From an uncultured Methanosarcinales archaeon (GTDB lineage Archaea; Halobacteriota; Methanosarcinia; Methanotrichales; Methanotrichaceae): a stretch of 64,000 nucleotides of DNA. Numbering within the stretch: position 1 is the stretch's first letter; every line of letters starts with the position of its first letter. This document shows positions 53,362 through 64,000 of the stretch, piece by piece. The stretch spans positions 128,001 to 192,000 of the forward strand of contig CAWJKV010000005.1 of the NCBI GenBank assembly GCA_963843555.1. The letters are read 5' to 3'. Both the position numbers and the translations under genes were made by a program. The notes under the pieces are model-generated. The model did no database searches. It was not told where the DNA came from and saw nothing but the letters and a program-made list of their open reading frames with translations.

Positions 53362-54117
53362 ATGCGAGGTAGAGGGTACTCAGAAGTGGAGTTGATACAT
53401 CATATAAAAAAAATGTCTCTGATTATTTCAATAACGCTAATTAGTTCCATCGTATGTGCTCATGGGGCCACTTTAATTGTGGGGGATAGCCCAAAAGGTT
53501 ACGGAAGCATTCAAGAGGCGATAAATTCGGCTAGAGTAGGGGATGAAATATTGGTTAATCCCGGAACTTATTACGAAAATATCGTTGTAGATAAGCGCAT
53601 AAATCTTATTGGGTTGAAAAATCCAGTTATTGATGCAGGGGGCGATTATTTCAAAGGTCCGGGTGTAACCATACTCGCTGATGGTGTGCTGATGGAAGGG
53701 TTTACCATTAGGAATTCCACAAATACCGCGGGAGATCCGCTATCCGGTGCTGGGGTATTGGTAAGATCAAACAACAATACTATCAAAGGAAACATATTAG
53801 AAGATAACTATCGCAGTGGAATCAAAGTTCTGGGTGGTAGTAATAACTCGATTACCAATAATAATGTTGATAGTAATTTTGAAGGCATATTGGTGTCAAA
53901 TTCGCATCGTAATAAAATATCAAGTAACCGCATAAATAGCAACAATGATGCGGGAATTTTTATTACAGGTTCTTCAGAACAGAATTTGGTAAAATATAAC
54001 ATTATAGAAAATAACTCTCGTGGTATATTATTGATCGATGCAGGCGTTAATGATATTACTAAAAATGAGGTTTTTAAGAATAATGTGAAAAATTTCGAGA
54101 CATTCTATACCAAATAA
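53362..54117 (+). CDS. Exported right-handed parallel beta-helix (NosD/CASH) protein
   Basis: Y.SIQEAIN.A..GD.I.V.PGTYYEN, GFTI.N, repeated GI.l..S.NN.I..N; start may be ATG 53413. Confidence 0.9.
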   Translation: MRGRGYSEVELIHHIKKMSLIISITLISSIVCAHGATLIVGDSPKGYGSIQEAINSARVGDEILVNPGTYYENIVVDKRINLIGLKNPVIDAGGDYFKGPGVTILADGVLMEGFTIRNSTNTAGDPLSGAGVLVRSNNNTIKGNILEDNYRSGIKVLGGSNNSITNNNVDSNFEGILVSNSHRNKISSNRINSNNDAGIFITGSSEQNLVKYNIIENNSRGILLIDAGVNDITKNEVFKNNVKNFETFYTK

Positions 54118-54318
54118 TATCGGCGCCCCTTCTGTCAAACATTTGTAGTTATTTTATTTGATTAATTTATGAGAATTTTAAAATTAAAGGCAAAAGTACA
54201 TCCTAAAGATGAGAGGAAGGATTTGGTTAGTAATTCCTCAATTTGATTCAGGATTAGTAGATAATCTTAAATCTAGGAAAGAATATTCAATTGTTCGGAA
54301 TGGAGAGATGTATTGGAT

Positions 54319-55904
54319 ATGAAAAGGAAGGGACTATATCAAATAACATCAGGGATAATTTTTCTGGTGCTCATTTTAGCTTCTATACCAGCTCTTCTTT
54401 CTCCAATTGTATTTGCATCCATGGCACAACAAGAAAAATCCGTATCAAAGGAAGCTGATCCTGCAGAAATAATCATAGAGCCAAAACAGTAATAACTGGG
54501 CATCTATGAATAGATATTTTGAATTTGAGCGGAAATTTGGGGTGGAATCATCCGAAACATTACAAATTGAGTCGAGCTGGATGGATGTTGGTTTGCCTGA
54601 AGATCCATATAAATCTTACGGGTCCTCTACCAGCAAATTCCAATAACCAACAATCTAAACAGACCATAATAAAGCAGGGTTTTATAGGATTATATCATCC
54701 TTTCAAAGGAAAAGTTTATGCAGGAACAGGCATTTATGAGGATGAAGATCTTTATCAAGCTTACCCTTTTGGGGTGAATGGCATATTGAATGCACCGAGT
54801 TATGGTGAGTACCTGTTTAAAGAAAATATCGAAAAACATTGTCTGGAATTTGATTCTAACCTGGTTTATGGAATAATTCTACCACCTTCCGAAAGGGGGG
54901 TCGCTAATAATCCCAAAGATACCAAGCTATGGGAACCAGATTCTTCACCAGGAATGATCCAAGCAGCAGCGAGGTTCTCCAAGCTATCTTCAATTTTTCC
55001 CCAAATAAGAGGGGTGATAATCGATGATTTTTGGGCTAACTATTACGGAAATGCCATTACATTGGAAGATATGAAAAATATAAAAGGTGCTCTGTCGGGG
55101 AAAAAAATGAAGCCCGATGGTACCGTGGATCTCGAATCACCCTCCACTACACCTGATTTGCAGATGTTCATTGTGACATATGGAGGCGAGTTGAGGGGTA
55201 CTCCCGATAAAAATATAATAGATATGATCGATGGTGTTAACTTCTGGATTTATGACCAGGAGGATTCCTATAACAACTTCGACCGATATTTAAGTGCCCT
55301 AGAGGCCCATTATCCAGATAAAGAACTGATCACAGGCGTGTATATCCATAATGGCGATTATGGAGATATGTCCAATCAATCCATATCCTATTTGATAGAT
55401 AAGGGCATACAGCTTTATGAAAAAGGTTTATCATCCGGGATACTTTTATTTGCTGGACATTGGCTAGTTAAGAACTATATATCACAAGAGAGAAGTCAGA
55501 AGATTGGGCTTTCTGATATTTTTTATAGCAAATATTATCCTTATCTCGGTGAGATTAATTGTCAAGTGGTGGATGATGAAACTTCGCAGCCGCTACAAGG
55601 AGTTAAAATCAAGATCTGCCACAATATGGCTAGAAAGATTACTGCCGCGGGAAAGACTACCAATGAACAGGGGATGTTCCGCTTTTCAGGATATGCAGGT
55701 AGATCCGGAGGCGTTTCATATAGCTTCACAGCCGAGAAAGACGGATATGATCCTTACAATGGATCGTTCACCATGGAGGCAAATAAAGCCATAAATCTGC
55801 CTCCAGTAAATCTCAAACTATTAGAACTGAATATTAAAGGTTCTGTTGAATCTCGTGGTAGTGGTCTTGAGAAAACGATATCAAACGACTACATAATATT
55901 TTGA
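54319..55904 (+). CDS. Exported protein, putative TIM-barrel glycoside-hydrolase-like domain plus carboxypeptidase-regulatory-like domain (frameshifts near 54480 and 54610)
   Basis: Signal peptide ORF at 54319-54492; main ORF has GVIIDDF, IDGVNFW and C-terminal V.D..T..PL.GV.I...TTN..G.F...YSFTAEKDGY. Confidence 0.65.
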
Positions 55905-55987
55905 TGCCAAGATCACTGGACTAACCAGGTTTGGGCTTCCGATATAATATACATTCAGCTGAAGCATGAGCATATCCATCAGGGGTG

Positions 55988-56128
55988 CAGTCCATACCAT
56001 ATGATAACGAATTTTGCAGGCAAAGTGACTCGCTTTCTTAACTTCAAAATCATCGACAGGCAATTATGCCACCTTGATTATGTCCGTTTCCTGACCAACC
56101 CAACCGCAGCAAGCAACGGGTATTCGAA
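55988..56128 (-). mobile_element. IS200/IS605-family remnant: element end plus 5' fragment of tnpA
   Basis: ...EVKKASHFACKIRYHMVW resembles the N-terminus of Y1 transposases (H......YH.VW); upstream ttcgaatacccgttgcttgctgcgg...ggtcag resembles a degenerate subterminal hairpin. Confidence 0.7.
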
Positions 56129-56229
56129 TTAAATAAACATCAAATACGTCTAATGAGGAAAAGGATGATACCCCTTTGTGGTGCGATCTGATGTTTTAGC
56201 GGAGATATTCAATGAAAACGCTAATTATC

Positions 56230-56510
56230 TATGACTCGGTCGCGCCTCGTCCCCGCGGTCTCAGCATATTTTGCCTGGAAACGTTCTGCTTCTACTGCAT
56301 TCTTTGGACCTTAATATCAATCCGTCATCATTTTATCGATTTGCTCTTCATCAAATCAAAGCCGATTCACTGAGAACGGGAAAACTCCTGCAAAAGTTCC
56401 AAATCGGCATCCAATAAGGTCGAAAGCGCCAATTCAACAATATTCGGATCGGTGGTCGGTGGCACCTCCAACCTATCCATTCACTTCTGCAGCGCCTTAA
56501 TCATTGTCAT
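56230..56510 (-). pseudogene. Decayed gene fragment with in-frame stops
   Basis: IKALQK*MDRLEVPPTTDPNIVELALSTLLDADLELLQEFSRSQ* then, shifted, DEEQIDKMMTD*; protein-like but interrupted. Confidence 0.4.
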
Positions 56511-56718
56511 CCTTGCCCTCCAACTTTCGAGGGCGCTTCTCAATGGCCCAACCTTTTCAATTTCACAAGAGCGGAGCCAACATTCAGAAAGCTGTATGAT
56601 TGTATCCACTTCAATATTCATGTCCAAAAAAGGGGCAACAAAATGTGCCTTCTTAGATATTTAATTGGAAGCTAAATATACAAAAAAAGGAATGAGGTGA
56701 GATAATTCCCCCTCATTC

Positions 56719-58209
56719 TCATGGTTTCTCTGATTTCATTGAATTCCTCCATTTCTCGATCTCTCGAGAAGCAGCTTCCCGTCCGCCCAATCCAAAGGCG
56801 AGAGCTACGGCTATTGCAATGGCTCCTAGCAAGAGGCCGAAAGCCAGATTAATGATATCATTGGCGACTCCTATCTCAAGAAGTGCCATTGCGCCCGCAA
56901 AGACAAGTATCGCAACCCGAGATGCCAATGACAGTATCTTGGCCTCTGACATTCCGCTGGATAATATTGCGTTGCTGGCCAAATTTGCCAAGAAAATGCC
57001 AATTGCAAATATGACCAGGCCCAGAACCACCCGTCCTGCGAATATGGTAAATCCGGCTATCAAATCGGCCAACAGGGAGAAGTTGAGAATCTGGGATGCC
57101 TCAATCAGGGCGAAGAGCATTATGGCTACAAATGCCAGATATCCAACTATCTCCGATGGCTTTCTTTGTCCTTCTGCAGGTCCCTCTCCTAATCCAAGAC
57201 GCACCAATATCTGATCAAATCCTAAGGCACCCAGTAGATTGCCGACCAGATCGCCAACCAACCTTCCGAGAATGTAGGCAATTACCAAGACCAAAGCTGC
57301 TCCGAAAAGCGCTGGCAAAGCGTTGAGCAATTGATTGAGCATATTGGAAATGGGCTGGGTAACAGCATCGATAGCTAATGCCTGTAGAGCTGCAACAAGA
57401 ACCGGAATCAGGACAAGGATGAAGACTATCAATCCGATAAGACCACCAAGGCCTTGTTTGCCCAGAAATTTGGACAATCCTATCCTTTCGCTAAAGCGCT
57501 CCGATCCCATAGCGACCAGAAGGTTAGTCACAATTCTTCGAATAATGGTCGCCACAAACCAGCCAACTACTAATATGACTATGGCTGCCAAGAGATTTGG
57601 AAGGAATGCAAGGATCTTGGCTAGCATGACTTGGATTGGTGCCAGGATGCCCCCGAGTCCTAGAATATCAAGAATCATGGGGAGGAAGAGAAGCCAGACC
57701 AGCCAGTATACGGCTTCTGCTACGCTATTGCTTAAAGGCACCTGTTTTTGTTCTAAGCCAGCCTGGTCGCCTATATTTTCGTCTACTTTAAAAGCTTTAA
57801 GAGCGGAAGCGACGATTTTTCTTGCAACAACAGCTACAATCCAGGCTACTACTACAATTATTATACCGCCGAGTAGCCTGGGAAGATAAGCCATGAACTC
57901 TGTTAACATCTGATTAATAGGATCTACTATTACTGTCAAACCCAGTACTTCAAAGAATGCAACTAATACAAACAATAGAAGGATATAGTACACGATCTTT
58001 GAGATCCATGTATCTGGGTCTACGTCCTTAGCTTCATCTCCCATCCTATCGGCTATTCTCTGGCCCCAACCAGTTTTGGCAAGCCCCTTTTTAACCAAAG
58101 ATGCAATTATTAGTGCAATTATCCATCCAACAATAAGAACTATTAGAGCGGATATCAGATTTGGACTGATTGTCGTCCACCATTGAGAGATCTGCTCAAG
58201 ATATGCCAT
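56719..58209 (-). CDS. Conserved TM-helix-repeat (CmpX/MscS N-terminal-like) membrane protein
   Basis: Four repeats of 'lP.l..A..il.vGw.iA' and C-terminal ALAFGLGGRE; probable start ATG 58209. Confidence 0.88.
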   Translation of the reverse strand: MAYLEQISQWWTTISPNLISALIVLIVGWIIALIIASLVKKGLAKTGWGQRIADRMGDEAKDVDPDTWISKIVYYILLLFVLVAFFEVLGLTVIVDPINQMLTEFMAYLPRLLGGIIIVVVAWIVAVVARKIVASALKAFKVDENIGDQAGLEQKQVPLSNSVAEAVYWLVWLLFLPMILDILGLGGILAPIQVMLAKILAFLPNLLAAIVILVVGWFVATIIRRIVTNLLVAMGSERFSERIGLSKFLGKQGLGGLIGLIVFILVLIPVLVAALQALAIDAVTQPISNMLNQLLNALPALFGAALVLVIAYILGRLVGDLVGNLLGALGFDQILVRLGLGEGPAEGQRKPSEIVGYLAFVAIMLFALIEASQILNFSLLADLIAGFTIFAGRVVLGLVIFAIGIFLANLASNAILSSGMSEAKILSLASRVAILVFAGAMALLEIGVANDIINLAFGLLLGAIAIAVALAFGLGGREAASREIEKWRNSMKSEKP

Positions 58210-58559
58210 AAAATCTACCTCCAGATCCGTGTTCCAGGCCCTTCGCCTGAAAACATTTCTTCTTATAGTTATTCTCTCGTTCATATTTATAAGTTTGGTT
58301 TATTTATAGATTGTATCAGAAATGTTTGTGATCCTGGTCCTTCATTGGCAGATGATCCTGTCGTGGAGATGACCTTATGACGACCTTCTTTCTTTTCAAT
58401 AGCTTCCTCAGAACATCGAGATAGGTTCGCTGATCCGGAGACATTTTACGATTGCTATTTCAGGTCTGATATTTCTCAGAACGAACTCGGTTGATTTGAG
58501 TTGGAACGCCTCTCTGCGAGAGCAGCGAGATATTCGGATAAAATTTTCCAACCCGTTAT

Positions 58560-58731
58560 GTGTTGCAAGACATTAAAAGAAAGGTTCCGCATGTTGGGAT
58601 GGATGGACGAGATAGTAGCTTCACCGACAGGCTTCTTTATCAAAGGCAAAATGGGTTCACTACGAGAAGGGAGGATTAGAGCGTGCACCTAATGGGCTAA
58701 AGAATTGTTAAGAGCAAAGAAAGCACGTGAT
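58560..58731 (+). pseudogene. Remnant of a flavodoxin-family gene (3' part)
   Basis: EIVASPTGFFIKGKMGSLREG then, across shifts/stop, LERA.*WAKEL, matching the flavodoxin C-terminal 'P.GFFV.GK.GPL.EGELERA..WA'. Confidence 0.55.
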
Positions 58732-58951
58732 CGAAATTTAGGTCGAGGTTTGCATTAAACAAGGTCTTCTCTTGCCCCATCAAAGATCCGCGCACTTCAT
58801 TTACATCCTTGAGGATCATTCCAACAGTCGTCTAATCGTGGTGTTCCTGCGAAGATTGTCCCAGACTCGATCATTTGAGCAGAGGCGGTTTGCCAGCCCG
58901 AAATTATAATCTACTCAATCCACCCATGAGGAAAACTAAAATCACAATGTT

Positions 58952-59599
58952 TTATCCTCCCAGGGTTATATCCTGCTCATTGTACCAATCGAGAGCTTCA
59001 TAAAAATGTTCGGTCTTAAAGTCGGGCCAATAAGCGTTAATTATATAAAAATCTGCATAAACGGATTGAACAGGCAGGAAGCCGCTGAGTCTTCTTCTGC
59101 CACCCCAGCGAATTATGAGATCCAATCTCGAAATATCTGAAGAATGAATTTTCTCTACGAAATTTTCCCGTCCACCATTGAGCTCTTCCATTGCGCCACT
59201 CAAATCCCATTGCCATCCATAGTTTACGAGGAAATTTAGCTTAATTGATCCCGATCCTGAGACGGTCCTTTTGGTGTACGGCAAGAACTCTTTTGGGAAT
59301 ACGGGCGAGTTCGAGTTGCCCATGATAAGTAATGAGGCATCCTCATTGGATATTAGCCTCACAGCTTCTAAGCAAGAGCTTTTGAAGGCTTTGACCTGCT
59401 CCCTGGGTCTCTTCGTATTATCCTGCGTGAAACCATAGAAGGTTAATTCCTTTATCCCTTCTTTCTTGGCCAATCTGAAGAGTGCCAATCCGGGGGCCAA
59501 TCCAGCATTGTAGCCGGCCTCCTTCGATAGTCCCCTTTCAACAGCCCACCTCCTGTTTCCATCTGGAATTATCCCGATATGTCTGGGTATTCGTTTCAA
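58952..59599 (-). CDS. cis-prenyltransferase (UppS family), non-canonical MA1831/MM_0014-like type
   Basis: PRHIGIIPDGNRRWA, YGFTQDNTKRP, NYGW.WDL, IRWGGRRRLSGFLPVQ, WPDF, QDITLGG. Confidence 0.88.
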   Translation of the reverse strand: MKRIPRHIGIIPDGNRRWAVERGLSKEAGYNAGLAPGLALFRLAKKEGIKELTFYGFTQDNTKRPREQVKAFKSSCLEAVRLISNEDASLLIMGNSNSPVFPKEFLPYTKRTVSGSGSIKLNFLVNYGWQWDLSGAMEELNGGRENFVEKIHSSDISRLDLIIRWGGRRRLSGFLPVQSVYADFYIINAYWPDFKTEHFYEALDWYNEQDITLGG

Positions 59600-59895
59600 G
59601 CAGAAAACTCCTCGTATAAAATAATCGTATTAACAGGATACAATGTCTTTTTTTTCGTATTTGAAGATTTACGCGACCCTGGCGATCCAACAGTACAACG
59701 ATCTTTTTGTTCTCTTAATCGCGTATCCCGTCAATGCGTATGAGAACAATAGTCAAACGTTGGACTTAATCTACAGTATACCTCTAACCTTTGTCAATTT
59801 CCCGGATGGCTGAGAGATTTTACGCAATTTTGAGTTAAAATCAGTTGACCTCATCTGCTTCATTTGACATCAAAAAGATATTAAATGATGACTCG

Positions 59896-60099
59896 TTAGG
59901 TTTTTACCGTCTTGATGTTTGACTTAATTTTCTCTTCGTCTTCAGGTGAAAGCTCTTTGCCATGAGCCTCCTTTTCATGCAATTTTGCATGCTCGATAAC
60001 CTCTTCTTCTGTCTTTGCTCTCACTTGAAATCCACATGCTTGGGCTGTATCGCCAAAATGGATGCAATGTATTAGTTCCTGATATTCATCTTGAGCCAT
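59896..60099 (-). CDS. DUF1059 small metal-binding protein
   Basis: C......CGF..RA.TEEEV..HA..H....HG......EKIK..IK. Confidence 0.85.
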   Translation of the reverse strand: MAQDEYQELIHCIHFGDTAQACGFQVRAKTEEEVIEHAKLHEKEAHGKELSPEDEEKIKSNIKTVKT

Positions 60100-60273
60100 A
60101 CATGATAAGAGGCTTTATTCGTATATGAGGGTTCCGAAGATCTTATTAAATAGAAAATTATAAATACTATTAATACTATAAAACTAGCGAGAAATCTTAC
60201 CGACTTTGCCATTTGGCAGGAATATGATCGAACTGTTCATTTCAGCAGCTTTATAGCCTTTCAGACGAGCAGC

Positions 60274-61052
60274 TCAAGCGTGATTAGCGGACCGCATATC
60301 GTTCCGATGCTCATGGAGATAGCGAAGACCGTTCCCGAATCTACCACCATATGGAAATCCCATGATGGTCATCTTGGTGAAGAAATTTTGGGTCACGGGG
60401 GACCGATTCATGTCATCACAAACGAAATCCATCACTTCGTATCCGTCAAGTGATCCTTCGACCTGTAACCAGTTCACAACTGCGATCTCTTGATCATTCA
60501 GCATGAAGTCGCTGGGGTAAAATCAGATCCGAGATTGAATTCTACTCTCATCGCGTCTTGTACTCCAATGGCTTGTGGCGCACATATGGCACCGCCAGTC
60601 GCAATATATCGTTTCAAAAGTCTCCACGTGGGTTCAATATCTCTCGGCAATTTAATGCATTTTGGCAAATGATGATGCCCGTTGTTCATAGCCATCTGGC
60701 ATCCTCCACCTGTTTCTTTTCTATGAGTGCATCTAAGATTGCAGAAAGCCACGGTTTTGATTAGCACTTTTCCAACATCGATTTCGATTGACGGTTCGGA
60801 AATGCTACGAGCAAATACTGCAACGGCCATGGCAAAGAAAGATAAGTTTTCGATTGCCCCCTCCGATAACTTCCGTGACAGATAATTCATTATTTTCGGC
60901 TCAATCTCGATTTTGGCCTGCTCGACGAGCGCACGATAGCCTTTTGCCGTTGGCATAAGCAGGTTTTGATCAAATTCGAACTCCTTCATTGTAACACGGC
61001 GGTCTATCAACTTAACAAAATGGCAGCCATATCTGTTCACATAATCGTCCAT
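60274..61052 (-). CDS. Hypothetical protein (~259 aa) split by one frameshift in a C-run near 60514
   Basis: ORFs 60498..61052 and 60274..60504 join (FTP/SDFMLNDQEIA) if one C is added; Cys/His cluster in the middle. Confidence 0.6.
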
Positions 61053-61574
61053 ATATCTCCAATAGATGTGAAATGACTCTTAGTAGACTTTAATGATTGC
61101 TAACCTTATATTATCTATAGATCTGGTCTTTTCTGATATTTTCTCTGACTATCCTTGGGTATACGCATGAGTATGCGATCTCAGTTCGGTTCCGAGGCAA
61201 AGTCCCCAAAGTTCTTCAGGTAGGCGATGACAATGGAGTCGATCTATACCTTTCGCAAACCTTCAAATACTTTTGCCTTCCCCCTTTTTATCAAAATAAA
61301 TGAGCATCATGTTACCTATATCAAAGCTGGTGCATATTCGTCCGGTTCTAAATTTTGCTTAATGTTCTTGATAGAAGTCGATTATGATCTCAGGTAACTA
61401 CGTAGCTCATATTCCTTTATTTTCATTTGGCGTCTTAATTTAGTCTTTAGAGGTTTCACTTTTCTTCTGCTAATTCTCTCACTAACTCTCATCTTTTTCG
61501 CAAGCCATGAGGCGGCAGCCAATATCATCTAAAATTTAGTAGCTTCTTTATCATAAAGATCGCATGAAATGATA

Positions 61575-61970
61575 TTACTTTTTAGAACTTATAGTTTTTA
61601 ATTGAATAGAGTCATGGACTTCGTTTACCACCATGTTTAAAGATGTGGTTTGGTGCATTTTCATATCTGTAGAATATTGGGATAGATCGAATCTCGCCTT
61701 CAGATAAGACCACCGAGAGGCGCATGCTACACTATCCTTAAAATAGGTCAGTTGTGATACAATTATCCCTGCCAATTTGATAAAGTACTGTGGGAGATGG
61801 ATGGCAAAAACCATGGTTCTCCTGGGCAATGGAAAATTACAGTTCGGACATTGGGGAATCTTCGATATGATATAAATCAAGTAGAAAAGGCCCAGACCCC
61901 GAATAAAATCACTCCATCTGAAATATATATTCGGCTTTATCTTCTCGCCGCAATTTCCACAGAACACCAT
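61575..61970 (-). CDS. LITAF-like zinc-ribbon membrane protein
   Basis: CGNC...hydrophobic stretch (GLGLFYLIYII)...CPNC. Confidence 0.6.
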   Translation of the reverse strand: MVFCGNCGEKIKPNIYFRWSDFIRGLGLFYLIYIISKIPQCPNCNFPLPRRTMVFAIHLPQYFIKLAGIIVSQLTYFKDSVACASRWSYLKARFDLSQYSTDMKMHQTTSLNMVVNEVHDSIQLKTISSKK

Positions 61971-62515
61971 ATATCCTCGATTTATGGTTGCCAACACCAA
62001 TTTTACAGGCGATTCGCATGGAGAGCTTGATAATGAAGGTTCTTGCTCTGCATTTCTAGAAGGTTCTTGGATGGTCTTATATTACCTATATTATTACTAA
62101 TAAGAACTGAAAGTATTTAAGTTATCATAACACAAATTGGGAATTATAGCACAAAAAGCGAACGTTATCTTCCAGAGTAGAGCCGACGCAATTTTGGGCA
62201 TGGGCCTTCAAAATGGGGGCTGCATTTATAATCTCAAGTATGTAATCCTTAACACCGGTTAGAAAATTGAATCAATTGAATTTGAGCGAATCCTATTTTT
62301 CGGAGACAATTTCTTTTCCTGGACTTTGGTAATCTGATCCTGAAGAGACATATATCTGAATTCTCTCGCCCGGCAGTTGGCGAAATCTAAAGCATCAATT
62401 TCCAGCACTGCTCCGGCGCAGGCTATCAAATGGATTTAGATATCCTCGTTTAATATAATCTCCCTAGAGCTTTGATGGCCTGAGGAATTTCCGCAGTATA
62501 AACTTCTTCCTCATT

Positions 62516-62755
62516 TCAATGTTCAGGCTTCTTCTTCCATATGCCTGTTTTTTCATCTTTCTCATAGGATTTTTTGACTGCAGACCAGGCAACCTTATGG
62601 GCAGTTTCTTCTCTTGAAGCATCCCCAAGTCGATCTTCTGGATTTTTGTACTCATCCCATGCGTTGTTGAAAGCCTCTAAGTAGATCTTTTGGGCATGCT
62701 CAGGCAGATTCTTTTTTACGCTGGCTGGCAGTTCCAACTCATTTTTGTAAGGCAT
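62516..62755 (-). CDS. chaB: Cation transport regulator ChaB
   Basis: MPY....ELP.SVK..LPEHAQ.IY.EAFN.AW, REETAHKVAWSAVK..Y.K...G.W. Confidence 0.93.
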   Translation of the reverse strand: MPYKNELELPASVKKNLPEHAQKIYLEAFNNAWDEYKNPEDRLGDASREETAHKVAWSAVKKSYEKDEKTGIWKKKPEH

Positions 62756-63142
62756 TTGAAAGACCTCTTTTGAATTTTCGCCATTGTATAATTGTTTTGA
62801 TCGTTAATCAATTTTTCTATACATCTATATTTGTTATAGGAAACTATTTCTCAAGATCATCTTGCTTAGGGGTCAACGAATGGATCCTCATCTCACTCAA
62901 GTCGAGCCCCCTCGTGCATCAGAACCAGATTCGTAAAGTATAGTTACTGATACTGGTTATGTATATGTGGGACCTTGCGTAAGGGGTAAGTAGACAATGT
63001 ACGGTAAGTCAGTCCCTAGTTCATGGGCTATCTGTCCTGGCGTTATCAGGGCGTCAAGAAGATATGCCAGGACCTGAATGGAAAGTTGCAGGCTTTGAGA
63101 TGAACTCTTGTATGAGCTTAAAAAATTAAAGGTGGATATATT

Positions 63143-63784
63143 ATGAGAAATCAGGGACTCCTATTTATTCTCGCAGTTATGTTTGTGACAAGTTCGGCTC
63201 AAGCTACATTGGCGACATGCCCGGCTTGCAGTGGAGGTCAAGCGGATTGGACGGAGAGTGCAAATTCTTTTTTGGAAGGAAAACCCATACAGGATGCTCC
63301 ATCCACTCTGGGTAGTCCGCAGCAGGCTAGACTCCTAAATGCCCAAATCGATTCCAGAAAGAAAGCGAGTAAAGATTCGAATGCCGCGAATAATATAGCG
63401 GTAACGCCGGTGCGCAACTCTACTCCAATGTTCGACATCCACCTGAACGACTTACATGCTGTACCCAATCCTGCAAAATTTAATGATGCGGTCAAAATAG
63501 TTGCGGTCTTCGGGAACATCAGCTCTAATTTAACAACTCGGGATAACTTATCGAAAGGGCCAGGTTTGACAAGTTTGACGGTTTACGCAGACATTAAGAA
63601 CTCAGCGGGATTAGACGTTGGCAGGGTAAATCTGAAACAGTCATCTGATATTGAATATTCCGGAATCTGGAATGTCAGTTTAGGATCTGACACCTATAAT
63701 ATAACTATTGAGGCAACTGGACCTGACGGATCAAAGGTGTTCAAGGACGCCTTGCAGATAATTGTGAGAGATATTCCAGATTAA
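63143..63784 (+). CDS. Secreted hypothetical protein with N-terminal CxxC and C-terminal Ig-like domain
   Basis: SD aggtgg, signal peptide, CPACSGG..DW..SA..FL, A.PNP, YSG.WN......Y.I.I.A. Confidence 0.8.
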   Translation: MRNQGLLFILAVMFVTSSAQATLATCPACSGGQADWTESANSFLEGKPIQDAPSTLGSPQQARLLNAQIDSRKKASKDSNAANNIAVTPVRNSTPMFDIHLNDLHAVPNPAKFNDAVKIVAVFGNISSNLTTRDNLSKGPGLTSLTVYADIKNSAGLDVGRVNLKQSSDIEYSGIWNVSLGSDTYNITIEATGPDGSKVFKDALQIIVRDIPD

Positions 63785-63858
63785 AATCTTCTAAATATTT
63801 CAAATACATTTCATGGGGAGTTTTAAATCTTCTGCTAAAAAGACCGTTGGGATCGTTG

Positions 63859-64000
63859 TTACTCAGTCGCCTCCACTCCTGTCATGGTGATTACCCTGCT
63901 CGCTATGGTTTCATCGCGATTGAACTCCACCGTAATGCCTAATTTTCGAAGAGCGGATGCCAATCACCTAAGAATGCCGCTCAGTGCGTTCGAAGCTCGG
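63859..64000 (-). pseudogene. 3' fragment of a probable mobile-element replication (primase/helicase-associated) gene with in-frame stop; 5' part outside the window
   Basis: ASNALSGILR*LASALRKLGITVEFNR...RVIT; TGA at 63964-63966 in frame with TAA 63859-63861. Confidence 0.5.

Noticed and set aside
56230..64000. In-frame TGA codons as selenocysteine or recoded stops
   Set aside because: They fall in truncated fragments at non-Cys-like positions alongside other lesions, and intact genes use TGA as a normal stop.

Overview
Chromosomal segment of a methanogenic archaeon, most consistent with Methanothrix/Methanotrichaceae (complete mtrEDCBAFGH operon, carS, HMG-CoA synthase/thiolase/DUF35 cluster, BHB-intron tRNA, Methanosarcinales-type beta-propeller surface protein, frequent TTG starts). 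From 1 to ~52.3 kb it is mostly core genome: surface proteins, pdxST, pgk, a nucleic-acid-processing neighbourhood, a KaiC-like ATPase-led glycogen cluster, mevalonate/lipid genes, mtr, a hybrid histidine kinase and an RND/COG1361 module, plus three tRNAs (Leu-TAA, Thr-GGT, intron-containing Gly-TCC). From ~52.3 kb to the end it is visibly AT-richer accessory DNA with an IS200-type remnant, decayed gene fragments and orphan genes. Many genes, including pgk and thiolase, carry single-base frameshifts that most likely reflect indel errors in the assembly; products below are reconstructed across them. The most notable candidate system is a CRISPR-independent Cas4-like nuclease split into two membrane-anchored polypeptides, directly upstream of an exported, catalytically degenerate thermonuclease-fold protein. 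Also notable: an Hfq/Sm-like small protein, an orphan with a ubiquitin-like beta-grasp domain, a secreted Tyr-repeat peptide, small membrane proteins missed by the ORF track, and a non-canonical cis-prenyltransferase. No CRISPR array or rRNA was seen. All family assignments are by eye from motifs; no database search was run.
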